Of a stretch of 64,000 nucleotides of DNA, positions 26,200 to 39,189 are shown piece after piece. The first letter of the stretch is position 1; each line of letters starts with the position of its first letter. The notes under the pieces were generated by a model that made no database searches, had not been told where the DNA came from, and was given only the letters and a program-made list of their open reading frames with translations. The translations under genes and the position numbers were made by a program. The stretch is taken from the NCBI RefSeq assembly GCF_009834535.1, contig NC_045696.1:21888001-21952000 (forward strand), in the 5' to 3' direction. The stretch is from Camelus ferus (taxonomy: Eukaryota).

Positions 26200-29100
26200 A
26201 TGGCAATAAACACACATCTATCATTAATTACGTAAATGTTAATGGACTAAATGCTCCAGTCAAGGACACAGAGTGGCAGACTGGATAATAAAGCAAGAAC
26301 CTTCAATATGCTGCATACAAGAGACCCACTTTAGGGAGAAGGACACATATAGATTGAGAGTGAAAGGATGGAAAAGGATATTCCATGCAAATGGAAAAGC
26401 CAAAAAAGCAGGTGTTGCACTACTGATTTCAGACAAAATAGACTTTAAAACAAAGGCCATAAAGAAAGATAAAGAAGGACATTTTATAATGATTAAAGGA
26501 GTGATACAAGATGAGGACATTACACTCGTTAATATATATGCACCCAATATAGGAGCACTTAAGTACATAGAACAATTACTAACAGAGATAAAGGGGGATA
26601 TTGATGGGAATACAATCATAGTTGGAGACTTTAACACTGCATTAACATCACTAGACAGATCTTCCAGACAGAAAATAAACAAGGCAACAGAGAAAGTAAA
26701 TAATACAACAGAAAAACTAGATTTGGTGGATATTTTCAGAGCATTACACCCCCAAAAAATAGGATATACATTCTTTTCAAGTGCACGTGGAACATTTTCC
26801 AGGATCAATCATGTACTTGGGCACAAAAGAAACCTCAACAATTTTAAGAAGATAGAAATTATCTCAAGCATCTTTACTGACCATAATACCATGAAACTGG
26901 AAATCAACAACAGAGAAACAAAGGAGAAAAAAAGGAAAGCATGGAGATTAAACAATATGTTATTGAATAAACAATGGGTCAATAAGGAAATCAAAGCTGA
27001 AATTAAAAAATACCTTGAGACAAATGACAATGAAAGCACAACCACTCAAAACCTATGGGACACAGCAAAGGCAGTGGTAAGAGGGAAGTTTATAGCAATA
27101 CAGGCCTTCCTCAAAAAAGAAGAACAATCTCAAATAAACAATTTAACTCACCACCTGAATGAATTAGAAAAAGAACAAAAAGCCCCAAAAAGCAGCAGAA
27201 GGAAGGAAATAATAAAGATCAGAGAGGAAATAAATACAATAGAGATTAATAAGACCATAGAAAAAATCAACCAAACCAAAAGCTGGTTTTTTGAAAAAGT
27301 AAATAAAATCGACAAACCTCTGGCCAAACTCACAAAGAAGAAAAAAGAGAGAGCACAAATTAGCAAAATAAGAAAGGAAAATGGATAAATTACAACAAAT
27401 AAAATAGAAATACGAGAATATTATGAAAAACTATATAGAACCAAACTGGATAACCTAGAGGAGATGAACAAGTTTCTGGAAACGTACTGTCCACCAAGAC
27501 TGAATCAAGAAGAAACTGAACACTTGAACAAACCGATCACTAGAAAGGAAATAGAAATAGCAATTAAAAACTTCCCTACAAATAAAAGTCCAGGACCGGA
27601 CGGCTTCACCAGGGAATTCTACCGAACATACAAAGAAGAACTCATACCAGTCCTTCTCAAACTCTTCCAGAAGATTGAAAAGGAGGGAATACTCCCAAAC
27701 ACATTCTATGAAGCCATCATCACCCTGATACCAAAACCAGGCAGAGACACTACAAAAAAAGAGAATTATAGGCCAATATCACTGATGAACATAGACGCCA
27801 AAATCCTCACCAAATATTTTAGCAAATAGAATCCAACAACACATAAAAAAGATTATACATCATGACCAAGTGGGGTTCATCCCAGGGACACAAGGCTGGT
27901 TCAACATATGCAAATCAATCAATGTAATACATCACATCAACAAGAGAAAGGACAAAAACCACATGATCATCTCAATCGATGCAGAAAAAGCATTTGATAA
28001 AATTCAACACCCATTTATGATAAAAACTCTCACCAAAGTGGGTACAGAGGGAACATATCTCAACATAATAAAAGCTATATATGACAAACCTACAGCCAGC
28101 ATAGTACTCAACGGTGAAAAACTCAAAAGCTTCCCACTAAAATCTGGGACAAGACAAGGATGCCCACTATCACCACTCCTATTCAACATAGTCCTGGAAG
28201 TCCTAGCCACAGCAATCAGGCAAGAGAGAGAAATAAAAGGGATCCAAATTAGAAAAGAAGAGGTGAAGGTGTCACTATATGCAGATGACATGATACTATA
28301 TATAGAAAACCCTAAAAGGTCCACACAAAAACTACTAGAGCTGATTGAAGAATTCAGCAAGGTAGCAGGTTACAAAATTAACGTTCAAAAATCAGTTGCA
28401 TTTCTTTACACTAATGATAAATCAACAGAAGAAGAAAGTAAAGAAACAATCCCCTTTAAAATAGCACCCAAAGTAATAAAATATCTGGGAATAAATCTAA
28501 CCAAGGAGGTGAAAGAATTATACACAGAAAACATTGAAGAAGGAAATTAAAGAAGACTTTAAAAAATGTAAAGATATTCCATGCTCTTGGATTGGAAGAA
28601 TCAATACAGTTAAAATGGTCACACTGCCCAAGGCAAGCTACAGATTTAATGCAATCCCTATCAAATTACCCAGGACATATTTCACAGAACTAGAACAAAT
28701 CATAATAAAATTTACATGGAACCATCAAAGACCGAGAATTGCCAAAGTATCACTGAAGAGAAAGAAAGAGGCTGGAGGAATAACTCTCCCAGACTTCAGA
28801 CAATACTATAGAGCTACAGTCATCAAGACAGCATGGTATTGGTACAAAAACAGACATATAGACCAATGGAACAGAATAGAGAGCCCAGAAACGAACCCAC
28901 AAACTTTTGGTCAACTAATCTTCGACAAAGGAGGCAAGAATATACAATGGAATAAAGACAGTCTCTTCAGCAAATGGTGTTAGGAGAACTGGACAGCAGC
29001 ATGTAAAACAATGAAGCTAGAACACTCCCTTACACCATATACAAAAATCAACTCAAAATGGATCAAAGACTTAAACATAAGACAAGATACAATAAACCTC

Positions 29101-29973
29101 CTAGAGGAAAACGTAGGCAAAACATTATCTGACATACATTTCAAAAATTTTCTCCTAGAAGAAATAAAAGCAAGAATAAACAAATGGGACCTAATGAAAC
29201 TTACAAGCTTCTGCACAGCAAAGGAAACCATAAGTAAAAGAAGAAGACAACCTACGGAATGGGAGAAAATTTTTGCAAATGAAACCGACAAAGGCTTGAT
29301 CTCCAGAATATATAAGCAGCTCATACAACTCAATAAGAAAAAAATAAACAACCCAATCCAAAAATGGGCAGAAGACCTAAACAAGCAATTCTCCAAGGAA
29401 GACATACAAATGATCAAAAGGCACATGAAAAAATGCTCAATATCACTAATTATCAGAGAAATGCAAATCAAAACTACAATGAGGTATCACCTCACACCAG
29501 TCAGAATGGCCATCATTCAAAAATCCACAAATGACAAATGCTGGAGAGGCTGTGGAGAAAGGGGAACCCTCCAACACTGCTGGTGGGAATGCAGTTTGGT
29601 GCAGCCACTATGGAAAACAGTGTGGAGATTCCTCAAAAGACTAGGAATAGACTTACTGTATGACCCAGGAATCCCACTCCTGGGCTTGTATCCAGAAGGA
29701 ACCCTACTTCAGGATGACACCTGCACCCCAATGTTCATAGAAGCACTATTTACAATAGCCAAAACATGGAAACAGCCTAAATGTCCATCAACAGGTGACT
29801 GGATAAAGAAGATGTGGTATATTTATACAATGGAATACTACTCAGCCATAAAACCTGACAACATAATGCCATTTGCAGCAACATGGATGCTCCTGGAGAA
29901 TGTCATTCTAAGTGAAGTAAGCCAGAAAGAGAAAGCAAAATACCATATGAGATTGCTCATATGTGGAATCTAA
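26200..29973 (+). pseudogene. LINE-1 ORF2 (endonuclease, RT, Cys-rich), disrupted
   Basis: ATG at 26200 (MAINTHLS); motifs CCIQETH, GDFN, QGCPLSP, YADD, KYLG. Frameshifts near 26231, 26265, 27815 and 28530; in-frame stops at 27386-27388 and 28981-28983. Confidence 0.95.
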
Positions 29974-30309
29974 AAAACAAAAACAAACACAAACAAAAAC
30001 AAAGCATAAATACACGACAGAAATAGACTCATTGACAGAGAATACAGACTTGTGGTTGCCAGGAGGGCGGAGGGTGGGAAGGGATAGACTGGGATTTCAA
30101 AATTGTAGAATAGATAAACAAGATTATACTGTATAGCACAGGGAAATATACACAAAATGTTATGATAACTCACAGAGAAAAAAAATGTGACAATGAGTGT
30201 GTATATGTCCATGTATCACTGAAAAATTGTGCTGAACACTGGAATTTGACACAACATTGTAAAATGATTATAAATCAATAAAAAATGTTAAAAAAAAATG
30301 GTAGTGCCA

Positions 30310-30530
30310 AGTGACCAGTTGGTTCTATCAGTCTAGGGTTTTAGATACAGCAGGGATTGGAGTCATCTTCTTAAAGATGGTATTTAAAGCACAGAAATGG
30401 ATGAGATTGTCAAGAGAGGATGTGGACGGGGCTCTGGAGAGCAATCCTGGGAAACTTCAAAGTTTGAGTCTGAGAGAAGGAGGAATCACCAAAGACAGAA
30501 AAGATAGCCAGTGAGCTAGGATAAAAAAAA
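30310..30530 (-). mobile_element. L2 fragment, right part
   Basis: Continues the L2 text across the TSD (gattggagtcatc...gatggtatttaaagc...tggatgagatt). Confidence 0.7.
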
Positions 30531-32119
30531 ATAAGAGACAATTTGGGAAACTTGTAAAAGTTTCAATGTTTTATAAATGCAATCCCTGACTTATTAGAGC
30601 TAACTGAATGATAACTGGTTGCTCATCATATCATCTTTCCTGGGCTCCAAAGAAATGTGAGGTGCACTTTGTTTTTCTTGGTGGTGATTGTACTGAAGTA
30701 TGGGCACATGTAGAAAAGCACATACAATTTGAGTACAGAATTTTAGTTTCCCTACATGTAACAGGACTAAAATGGATGAATAATCAAGAGAGAAGGCCAT
30801 TATATTATCAGGACTTTCACAGAGGTCTTTTCCAATATTGATCAGACCAGGTAAATAAGAAATATAATTAGCTATGGACAGAGTAGGAAAATATTTAAAT
30901 ATATGTATATATGTAGCTATAGATACATTTTTTAACAAGAAGGTACAGACAATAAATAGGTTTATTATGGTTTCCAATAAATGGTTTCTATGAGTAACTT
31001 TGACCACCTAAACAACTCTAAGCTGAAGTAGGAGAGGTCAAAAAAGGTAGAATTGGCTCCCTCTGGTTTCAGTTCATAGACCCACGAGTCTGATTAGAAA
31101 TGAAAAGAATGTAGGGGACAGACAAATGGTCACACGAAATGAATGAACACAGGCAGTATTACTGTTATTACTCTATTTTCTACCCTATACACAGAGTAAG
31201 TCTGCCTGACACAAGCAAGAAAATAATGTCACATTAGACATAGCTCCATAATTTATACCTCTAATAATGCCATCAGCACAGTGTAAAACAAGTCTTATTC
31301 TCAAGGGTTCATAAGTACAGATTTATTCTCTTGTCCAGCAGTTTTAGGACTAAAAAGCTGCTAGAGAATATTCTTCACCTAGTTGAAGGGGAAAAAAACA
31401 CCTTCAACCACAATATTGGGACTTTCATACTCCTGGATTTCACTGCCAATTACAGCAGTTAATTTTAGCAGGTCCTGGTCTATTTAGCCATTTTCAATAG
31501 CAATTTTGGTTCTTTGAGGAAAAAATCCTACACATTCAGAATCAGGAGGCTTGGGTCCTAGCTCCAAGTCTGCCACTAGTAAACTGGATGACCCTGAATA
31601 TCTCATTTTCATGACTCGAAAATAAGAGCATAGACTTATGAGAACTCAAGATTCCTTCTGACACTCAAATATTATTCTATAAGCTATATAAATTCCTATT
31701 TTTTCCATCACTACTTTAAGTTCTCTTTCCTCCACTGTTATTACGCAGCTCTCCCTAACCCCCCTACTCGTAAGTTCTTGACAGTTTTTATAGAGCACCT
31801 TCTTAATTTAAAGCATCTCTGTTCCACAGTTCCAGAGCTTAGACCTATGTTCCTACCGTTTGACCTACCTCTTCATACAGCCAGCACTACCCTTTTCTTT
31901 ACATGCCTGGATCACTTTATAAGCAACCCCTTTCTCAGCCATAGCTGTGGTCAGCACCATGAACACACACTAGAGGCAGTCAGAAATTGGGACTTGAAAT
32001 GGGAAGCCAACCCCTGAATCAGCCTCCAACCAGTCTGATAATCTCATGGGGTAAGCAAACAGGGAGTTACCCCCACCGTACATGGGTCCTTACCTACTTA
32101 CTATCTTTCAGCCCGGCCT

Positions 32120-32345
32120 TGGCATCTGGAACAGAAAGCAGATCAGCAGTTGACTGGGGACTGGGCAGTGCAGGGTGGGAGGAAGGGACTACAAAGTACA
32201 TGAGGAAACCTTGGGAGTGATGGATATACTCATTATATTGAGAGTGGTGATGCCATTGTGAGTGCGTGTCTATGTCCAAGTTTATCGAATTGTACACATT
32301 AAACATGTGCCATGTATCATATGTCAATGACACTTCAGTAAGGCT
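32120..32345 (+). mobile_element. old L1M 3' end fragment
   Basis: aaagcagatcagcagttgactgggg...tgaggaaaccttgggagtgatgga...aattgtacacattaaa. Confidence 0.7.
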
Positions 32346-32639
32346 GTTTGGTTTTTTTTTTAATAGTCACAGAGTTAAAAAAAAAAAAAAAAGCAGACAA
32401 AACAAAAGAGAGAGAAAGAGGTATTCAGGAGATAAAACTGACCTGGTTTGGTGACTGTGGTTAGTGAAGTAGACTAAGCTGACTCTCCCGTCTTGGTTGG
32501 AAAACCAGGGCGTCGGGGAGAGAAACAAATTGGAAGTGAAAGACGCACATGAAGGCAGTCTGAAAACTGTAGGGAAAAAAAGGTACCAATAGTAGTAATA
32601 AGTGCTTATTTTTCTAAATGATGAACATATAACTCTGTT

Positions 32640-32960
32640 TTAATTTTATTTTATTGTGTTAAGAACACTTAACATGAGATCCATCTTATCAAATTTGAAG
32701 TGTAAAATACGTTATTGTTGACTATAGACACAACATTGTACAGCAGATCCCTGGAGTTTATTCATTTTGCATAACTGAAACTTCATACATGTTGATTAGT
32801 AACTCCCAATTTCCCCCTCCCCCAGCCCCAGGCACCCATCGTTCCGCATTTGATTCTATGAATTTGATTAATTTAGATATCTCCTATAAGTGGAATTATG
32901 CAGTACTTGTCCTTCAGTGATTGACTTTTTTCATTTAGCATAATGTCCTAAAGGTTTATT
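32640..32960 (-). mobile_element. old L1MA-like 3' end
   Basis: aagaacacttaacatgagatc...gcataactgaaact...ataagtggaattatgcagta...atttagcataatgtcc; same family as 62195-62695. Confidence 0.8.
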
Positions 32961-34954
32961 TGAAGTATAGTTAACTGTCCTTTCAAGACAGTTAGAAAAG
33001 CTACGAAAGGAAGCACACGATTAATAACTGAGCAGTGGCAGAGACAAGTGCTAGGGGAATTCAGAGTGAGTCGTTCTGTATTGAGTGATATTAGAAGCCT
33101 GCTTCATCCCTTCCTGAGTTAATTATTTAGAAAAGAACTGTCAGTCCCACACAGGCACCGTGTCAAGTTAATTACATGAAATATAAGACCCATTTAAGAT
33201 GCATTTGTTAACATCTCAGAAACATGCCATTATTGGTGATTGCTTTATGCTTTTACTGTAAGAGTGATTTATGATTAGAAAAATGGGGGATAAGGCTAAT
33301 TTATAACAGAAGTTCCTAACTTTTAGAACAAAGTCTTAATAATCAGATTTTTGACAAATATTTGAGGTCATTAATTAGCGTTATTGAGAAGGGACGTAAC
33401 TGAAAGGCATTAGCTGTCTTATTACCCTCTACCTTTGAGTTATTTGCATTCTTCTCATTCAAACTACCAGCCCATTAAGGATGGGATGCTTGTCTCACTT
33501 CTGCATCTCCCAGAATGCCCCAAACAGAGCTCTGAAGGAGTTGATGCTCAATAAATATTTATTGATTAAACTAGGATAGATGCTCTCTTCTCCAAAGCAA
33601 TTCATGTAGTTAGTCAATTAATAAAAAATTTCCATTAAAGCTGGAAGTCATTAACATAAAATATGCATGTGCTTCAAACGTTGTATTTTAATCAAAAACA
33701 TGTAAGTACACATTAACTCCCCAGGTTTTCAATGTAGACACGGGGTCTTGCTCCCCTGTTGTCTTTTACATATTAAACCACCATAACACACATGGTATAT
33801 GATTTCAGGTTTCAGTTTCTTTAAAGTGGAATGAAAACATACAAACTCCTGTGACACAAGCCAAATATAGAATCAGAAATAGAATTTTCTCAGCTTTGTA
33901 AGGTTTCTTGCTTAAAGCTAATTTAACATAATCTCTAAACAATGTATCTTTATGAAATGTTCCAAATTCAATTTAATTTCATAATAACAACTCTCTTTCT
34001 TTTAAAATTCACATTTCACTATTATATTGGATATTTAATAAAAAGTCATAATTATAGTTACTCATGTGTTTATTGTTTTTCTCTCCTACTGAAATACTAA
34101 AATACAAGCTACATGAAGATACACAATTCATCAGTCTTGTTCATCAATCCATTTTATGGGGAGGTTAGTGGGTAGTTTCATTCACTCATTTTTGAGTGAA
34201 TTATTAAAATACCACTGGCATACACAGGACTGGAAACAGATACAACTGACTATATTTTGTACATTAACCTAAAAACCAAGATGGCGAGAGGAGCCTCCAA
34301 GCTGTGAGCCTACGGTTTGCATCAGGCATCAGTCAGTATGCAATATGGAGGGAATGGAATTGTCATTTAATCCAGCAGATGGGTAGAGATTTCTTAAATG
34401 ACAGAGCTTCCCAATATGTATCTCATCATAGCACCAAGGAAAATAATACTCTTAGAAATGTTAGAATAAATGATCCAACAGTCCTGGGAGCTCCAGCTGC
34501 TCAAGTCTCTGTCCAGCCATCCCAAGGGCTGAGGCACTCAATGACCCATCAGTGAACACTAGCCACAGGTTGGGAAGCTCTGACTCAAAGCTTCTACTTT
34601 TATGACAGCTTCTGAAGCGGCCCAGATAGCACCACCACTTTGCTGTTGATCGTGGAGCATTGCCATAGCCTGACCAAGTTACTGTTCCTTTTGGGTCCTA
34701 GTGCCTTGATGGCTGACTCCTTCAGGAAGTCAGTGTCACTACTTGCTGAAACTCTGGCTAGCTACAAAAATACAAGCCCAATGGAAGAATCTGCCCTGGC
34801 TTCCCGTGGCCATCTACTTTCTGTTGGCATCCTTGCTCATTCAGCCAGGCCACAGTGATGCAGAGGAGGAGGATGCTTCTGTCACTGTCACTCATTCAGG
34901 GGTGTCCTGAAGCAAAACTGGCTGAGCTCCAAGTGCTGCAGCTCTCTAGCAGGA

Positions 34955-35041
34955 TAACATGAGATCCATCTTATCAAATTTGAAGTGTAAAATACGTTAT
35001 TGTTGACTACAGACACAACGTTGTACAGCAGATCCTTGGAG
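34955..35041 (+). repeat. 87-bp direct copy of 32670-32756
   Basis: 84 of 87 positions identical by direct comparison. Confidence 0.95.
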
Positions 35042-36680
35042 CGTATCTTTAGCAGGAGGTATCTTTAGATTTACCCTCATGCTTTTCTCCAAGAAGCACC
35101 CAATTCAACTGGGTGGTAGCATCTAGATGGTACCCTGGATCAACTCTCTCCTCCCGTGACCCGGGGCCTACTGTCCATCTCAGACTCCTCTCTCCAACTT
35201 CTCTTTCTTAAAAACCTGCCCTTGATTAAGGATCCCTTAGTCTATCAGGTGCATTTCTCTATCTTTTAATTCCAACAGAAAAAGAAGAGAAAGAACCCAC
35301 TCTTGAATTAATCTAGAAATGAGATGGAGTGATCTGAACTAGAATGGTGGCAAGGAAAATAAAGATAAATGGACAAAAAATAGAGATATTTAGAAGATAG
35401 ATTCAATAGGACTTTGTGATTGGGTGGAGGTAGAGATGTGGGAGCCAAGATTGAGTTTAGGCAACTGTGTTGGATGTTGGTACTACTAAATGAACTAAGG
35501 CAGGGGGTGGGGGGAGGAAAAAACAGCGAGAGAAACAGGTTTAAAGGACATGGTGACTTTAACCAGACGGGTCAAATCTCAGGAGAAAACCATTTCATAT
35601 TAGGCACTGACATTTGAGAAGATTAGATAACTCAAGAAAGTTCTGTAAATGATGTAAAAAGGAAAGAGGACTTTTCGTACACTCTTAAATAACACCAAAA
35701 TTTAAGGAATAGACAGAAGAAGATGAATAAACAAAATATTCTTAAGGGGGAAGTTTAGAAATTTAGGAGAAATGCTAAGCAATCCAAAGGAAAAGAGCAT
35801 TTAAAGACAGTGGTCAAGAATTTCCAATGCCACTGAAAGTATCCACTGAATTCAACCAGCAGATCATTGATTACTCTTCAAGAGCAGTTAGAGTAGGGTG
35901 CTAAGGATGACCTTGCCTTTACCTACCAATCCTAAGACCTATGGGGTGTAGAAGATAAAACAGCCTGTATTTCAGAGACCAGAAGGAGGAGTATTCTCAA
36001 AATAGAACCAGCCTCAGGCTTGGGACAATAGAAGAACTGTTCAATGAAGAAACAGAGAATTTGTCTTCATTATGGATGAGAAACAATAGAGAGCAGAGTG
36101 GAAAGGTTTGGGCAGAATGGGAGGTAGAGTTGTGGGGAAGGAGGAGGAAGGGAATAGCACTGTGAGAGAAGATGAATCAGGGGTTAAAATTCTCAGAAGT
36201 AGTAAAGAATGACATAAAAGAAAGACTTCATGAGTTTAGCTGTACGCAAGTTTTCCAAATGAATAAGTCCCAGGGGAACTGAAATGGTTGAGGGTATGGA
36301 AAAAGGAAAGGAGGGTGAAGAGATCCTCTGGAGATGTAGCGTAAGTCCACCACGACCTGGTTGGGAGGTCCGCTGGGAGGATGCTAATCCAGGCAAGTAA
36401 ACTAGCAATGGCACTATTGTGCACAGGATTCTCATTCATATTTCAGAAATCAGCAGCCTTTGATGATAGGGAGGATGCTATAGTCTGGAAGGAGTCAGAT
36501 TATTTGCACAAGACCCAGGAAAAAGGCTTTGAGTTCCCGGCTTCTGGCACAACATCTCCTGAGGAACAGCATTGGCCTTTCCTGGGCTCTTCCAATTACT
36601 TCTTAAATGCTCTGATTCACCTTTATCTCCTATAATCCGTCCCTGCAACTTTTCTATTAATTTTCCAGAATCAAATACAA

Positions 36681-36945
36681 TTGCATCAGTTATCCACTGC
36701 TGCATAACACACCACCCCATCAATTAGTGCCTTAAGACAACGGCATTTATTTAACCTAGGAAGATTTGGGAGGCCATTTGGGCTGGGTTAAGCCTGGCAA
36801 GTCTGCTGTGGGCCACAGCGGGGTTCACTCAAATATCTGCTGTCAGCTGGACACTGATGGTCTCACTCACATGTCAGGCAAGCGGCTGGCTGTCACCAGC
36901 TCTAGGTGGGTCTTGCCTGGAATGACTGGAGCAAGTGGGACTCCT
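36681..36945 (-). mobile_element. MaLR LTR fragment (MLT1F-H-like)
   Basis: tgcatcagttatccactgctgcataacac...cttaagacaac...catttattt...tttgggctggg. Confidence 0.65.
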
Positions 36946-39189
36946 CTTCTTCCAGATCTACTTACTGAACTCCTACTGCACCTTCAATACTGAGGTCAGA
37001 CATCGCCTTTTTGTGAAACCTTAACTGAGGTATTTACACCAACCTTCAGGGCTTTTGCAATCCATTAAACATATCTTTAATAGCAATTATTTCCACATAG
37101 TATCGTTACTATCAAATGTGCACGTGTCCACACCAGACTGTTATGGGCAAAGACTTCATCTTTACATCGCCTTTACCTAGCATGGTGTTCATCAAAAAAA
37201 AATCAATAAATGTGTTTTGGGTGAAAGGATACCTGATTATGTGCTGCCTTTCACTTCTTTGAGGATTCAGAAGGACTGAGGGTACAGAGAGAGCTTTGCT
37301 GAGTGAGTTTCACTCCCAGAGTGAGTATAAAGTTGCCTCACAGTGTTGAACAGATCACTGCTTTTGATGGCAGCCAAGGAACCTGCAGTGTAAGGAACAG
37401 GCTAATCTGAAATATATTAGAAACAAAAGCACAGCTTCTCTATAGGCATGAAGTGTATATTAATTGATTTCCTTAAAATTAAATTATAGTGTAAAGAAGT
37501 AATTGATGAAGAACCACTTTCCATAGGACTGAAGGAAGGGGTATTATGAACTATTGCATACTTCACAAAAGCTAAGGTGTAGAAATAAAATGCCACGCGA
37601 CCGTGCTTAAAGTGTCTCAACCAGACTGCAGCGGCTTAAGGAAATGATACCGACGTGTCTTTTTGTAATGGTCGAGAAAATTGACAACATAACTACTGGC
37701 GACAGAAAATAACAGGGAAGTTAGCTCTTCTGTAAGGAAAATCTGTATCATTAAATACTAGTAGGCTTTCCACGGGCCTAGCCAACAACCTCATCTTTGT
37801 GATTGGTGGCCCACATACACAATGAACAAAAAGAATATCCGAATACATATGTGTAACTTCTCAATGGATGCATAACGTTAATTGAGGCTGCTCAATTAAA
37901 GCAGAAATGTGAATTGAATTTGTATCAGCATGCCTGCCTCCATCTCCAGGTGTTTTGAATTTAGCATGAAAAGATCTACAGTCTAACATGTGAAAGTCTC
38001 CCTCCACAAATGAGAATTTTTTGTGAGTTACTATCAAGAATCTCTAGGAACTAGTTATGCCCTGTTGCACCAATTCATCCACTTGATACCCCTGTCACGC
38101 ACAGAGTGTAGGTGAGTGGAAGCTCAGTACTGGTCTGTAATTCTAATCCTGGCACATTATACGTGAACACCCACTCAGCGTGGCAGCTCTCCTAGCTTGA
38201 ATCTAAGTGAGATGCAGACTTTTCTTGAATGTGTCTGGAGAACTTAGGGGCAGGACAAGAGAACTCGAAGGGGACTTATGCAGAGGAACAAATACTAAGA
38301 AGGAAGGAGCCAGGGACAATGAGTTTACTTCAGTAAAGAAAAGCAATGAAAACCAAAAGCTTTGGTCTTTGGAAGAGAGGGAGTATCTTAAGCATATTGA
38401 AGTCTGTTACTTGGATCTGTCCCATGTTCTCGTTGCACTATGACTCATGATTTATACTTACAAAATGAGGAATTTTAAATTATTCCAAATACTGGTGAAC
38501 AAACAACAGAGACCCCATCCTCACCCCCATTCTAAAGCATGTTATAAAAAGACAACCCTAAGCTTGGAAGAAGCCATTGAGAGAGAGAGCGGGACCAGGC
38601 CATCCCACCCATCTCCACAGCCAGAACTGAGCCCTGCCAGGCACCATCACTGAAGACTGGGGTCTTCATGACACAAAACTATAAAGTAGGGTTGTCTTGT
38701 TAATGACTTACATTAGAAAGAGAAAGCAAATGACAATGGAACTGGATTATTAGTGTTACTGTAAACCTATATGTAGCTAGTAAAGCCTGGAAAATTTAAA
38801 CAATAGCAAAGCTCCTTTAACCGTCACTCTACCCAAACTATTCAAATAAGTGTGCACAACGCCCCAGTGCCCAACACATATGTCTCAGCGCCCATCTTCA
38901 GCACCGTTCTCTCAGCCCAGAACCTGGCAGGAAAGCACCTTATATTGTCTTCCTTGCTGACTTTGCAGCTACCTACAGTCTGCCTCTCTCCTTTCACACA
39001 CTACCTTAAGAGAATGCATTAACTCTGTTCTACCTGACCAAGTGGAAAAACCACCTCGAGTGCTGAATGTTTTCTGGTCCTCTGGCCTTTTACTTCTTGG
39101 ATTTTGAGCTCCTTCCAGTTAACGCTACCTTGGGTCACCCAGGAAAAGAATGCTCTTTTTACCTTCCTCCTTCCTGCCTTTCATTTCTT

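Larger units (their letters stand above)
23213..30295 (+). mobile_element. full-length LINE-1 (~7.1 kb)
   Basis: GC-rich 5'UTR, ORF1, spacer, ORF2, 3'UTR with AATAAA and short A tail; perfect 14-bp TSD aaatggtagtgcca at 23199-23212 and 30296-30309. Confidence 0.98.

Noticed and set aside
24997..29471. Long antisense ORFs over L1 ORF1/ORF2 (e.g. 26260-26808, 28980-29471)
   Set aside because: Shadow frames of A-rich L1 coding sequence.
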